64,000 bases of DNA from a plasmid. Positions 63,909 through 64,000 of this stretch are shown piece by piece. Location: sequence record NZ_CP041047.1. One strand, given 5' to 3'. The position numbers were made by a program, and so were the translations under genes. The notes under the pieces were generated by a model. The model saw only the letters and a list, made by a program, of their open reading frames with translations. It searched no databases and was not told the origin of the DNA. Position 1 is the first letter of the stretch, and the number at the start of each line of letters is the position of its first letter.

Positions 63909-64000
63909 TCTGTCTCCAAAGCAGTAATCAGTCACTCATAACACGATATTTGCAGTGAAAGTTATATCTGTAAGCAAATTTCGTCAGCTGTTAGCGTCGT

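Overview
This 64 kb window is a mosaic, IS-dense accessory region. It looks enterobacterial and plasmid-like: it carries an EcoRII restriction-modification (R-M) pair, a LexA-controlled umuDC/mucAB-like operon, a thermonuclease (nuc-like) fragment, an iteron-type origin, and repeated upstream elements reminiscent of IncN-type plasmids. It contains four IS26 copies plus one fragment, two IS5 copies (one truncated by IS1), an IS2 inserted into an IS6-family element, four IS110-family copies or fragments, IS66-family fragments and a Tn3-family remnant (tnpA pseudogene, res, tnpR). The cargo includes a TetR-controlled redox/electrophile-stress cluster (osmC, ahpD-like, thioredoxin, OYE reductase, dsbA-like, SDR) and an arsenic cluster (arsB truncated by IS1, arsC, LMW-PTP ArsC, phosphatase, arsP, arsR, arsH). 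A fluoride-riboswitch operon (ppaC-usp-eno-crcB) sits beside the ars cluster. A large sulfur/persulfide-detox island follows, with BigR-like ArsR regulators, CoADR-rhodanese, YeeE/YedE pairs, four TauE/SafE exporters and MBL-fold and FmdE-like genes, several duplicated or pseudogenised. Other cargo is dps, ftnB, higBA, a betT pseudogene, and a Tus homologue beside an orphan Cas6-family RNase, Ner-like and GNAT genes. The window ends in a low-GC block of hypothetical genes. The most unusual content is the tus-like/orphan cas6-like pair, a three-copy repeat family flanking the EcoRII module, a highly structured ~300 bp non-coding element upstream of higBA, and the low-GC terminal gene block.
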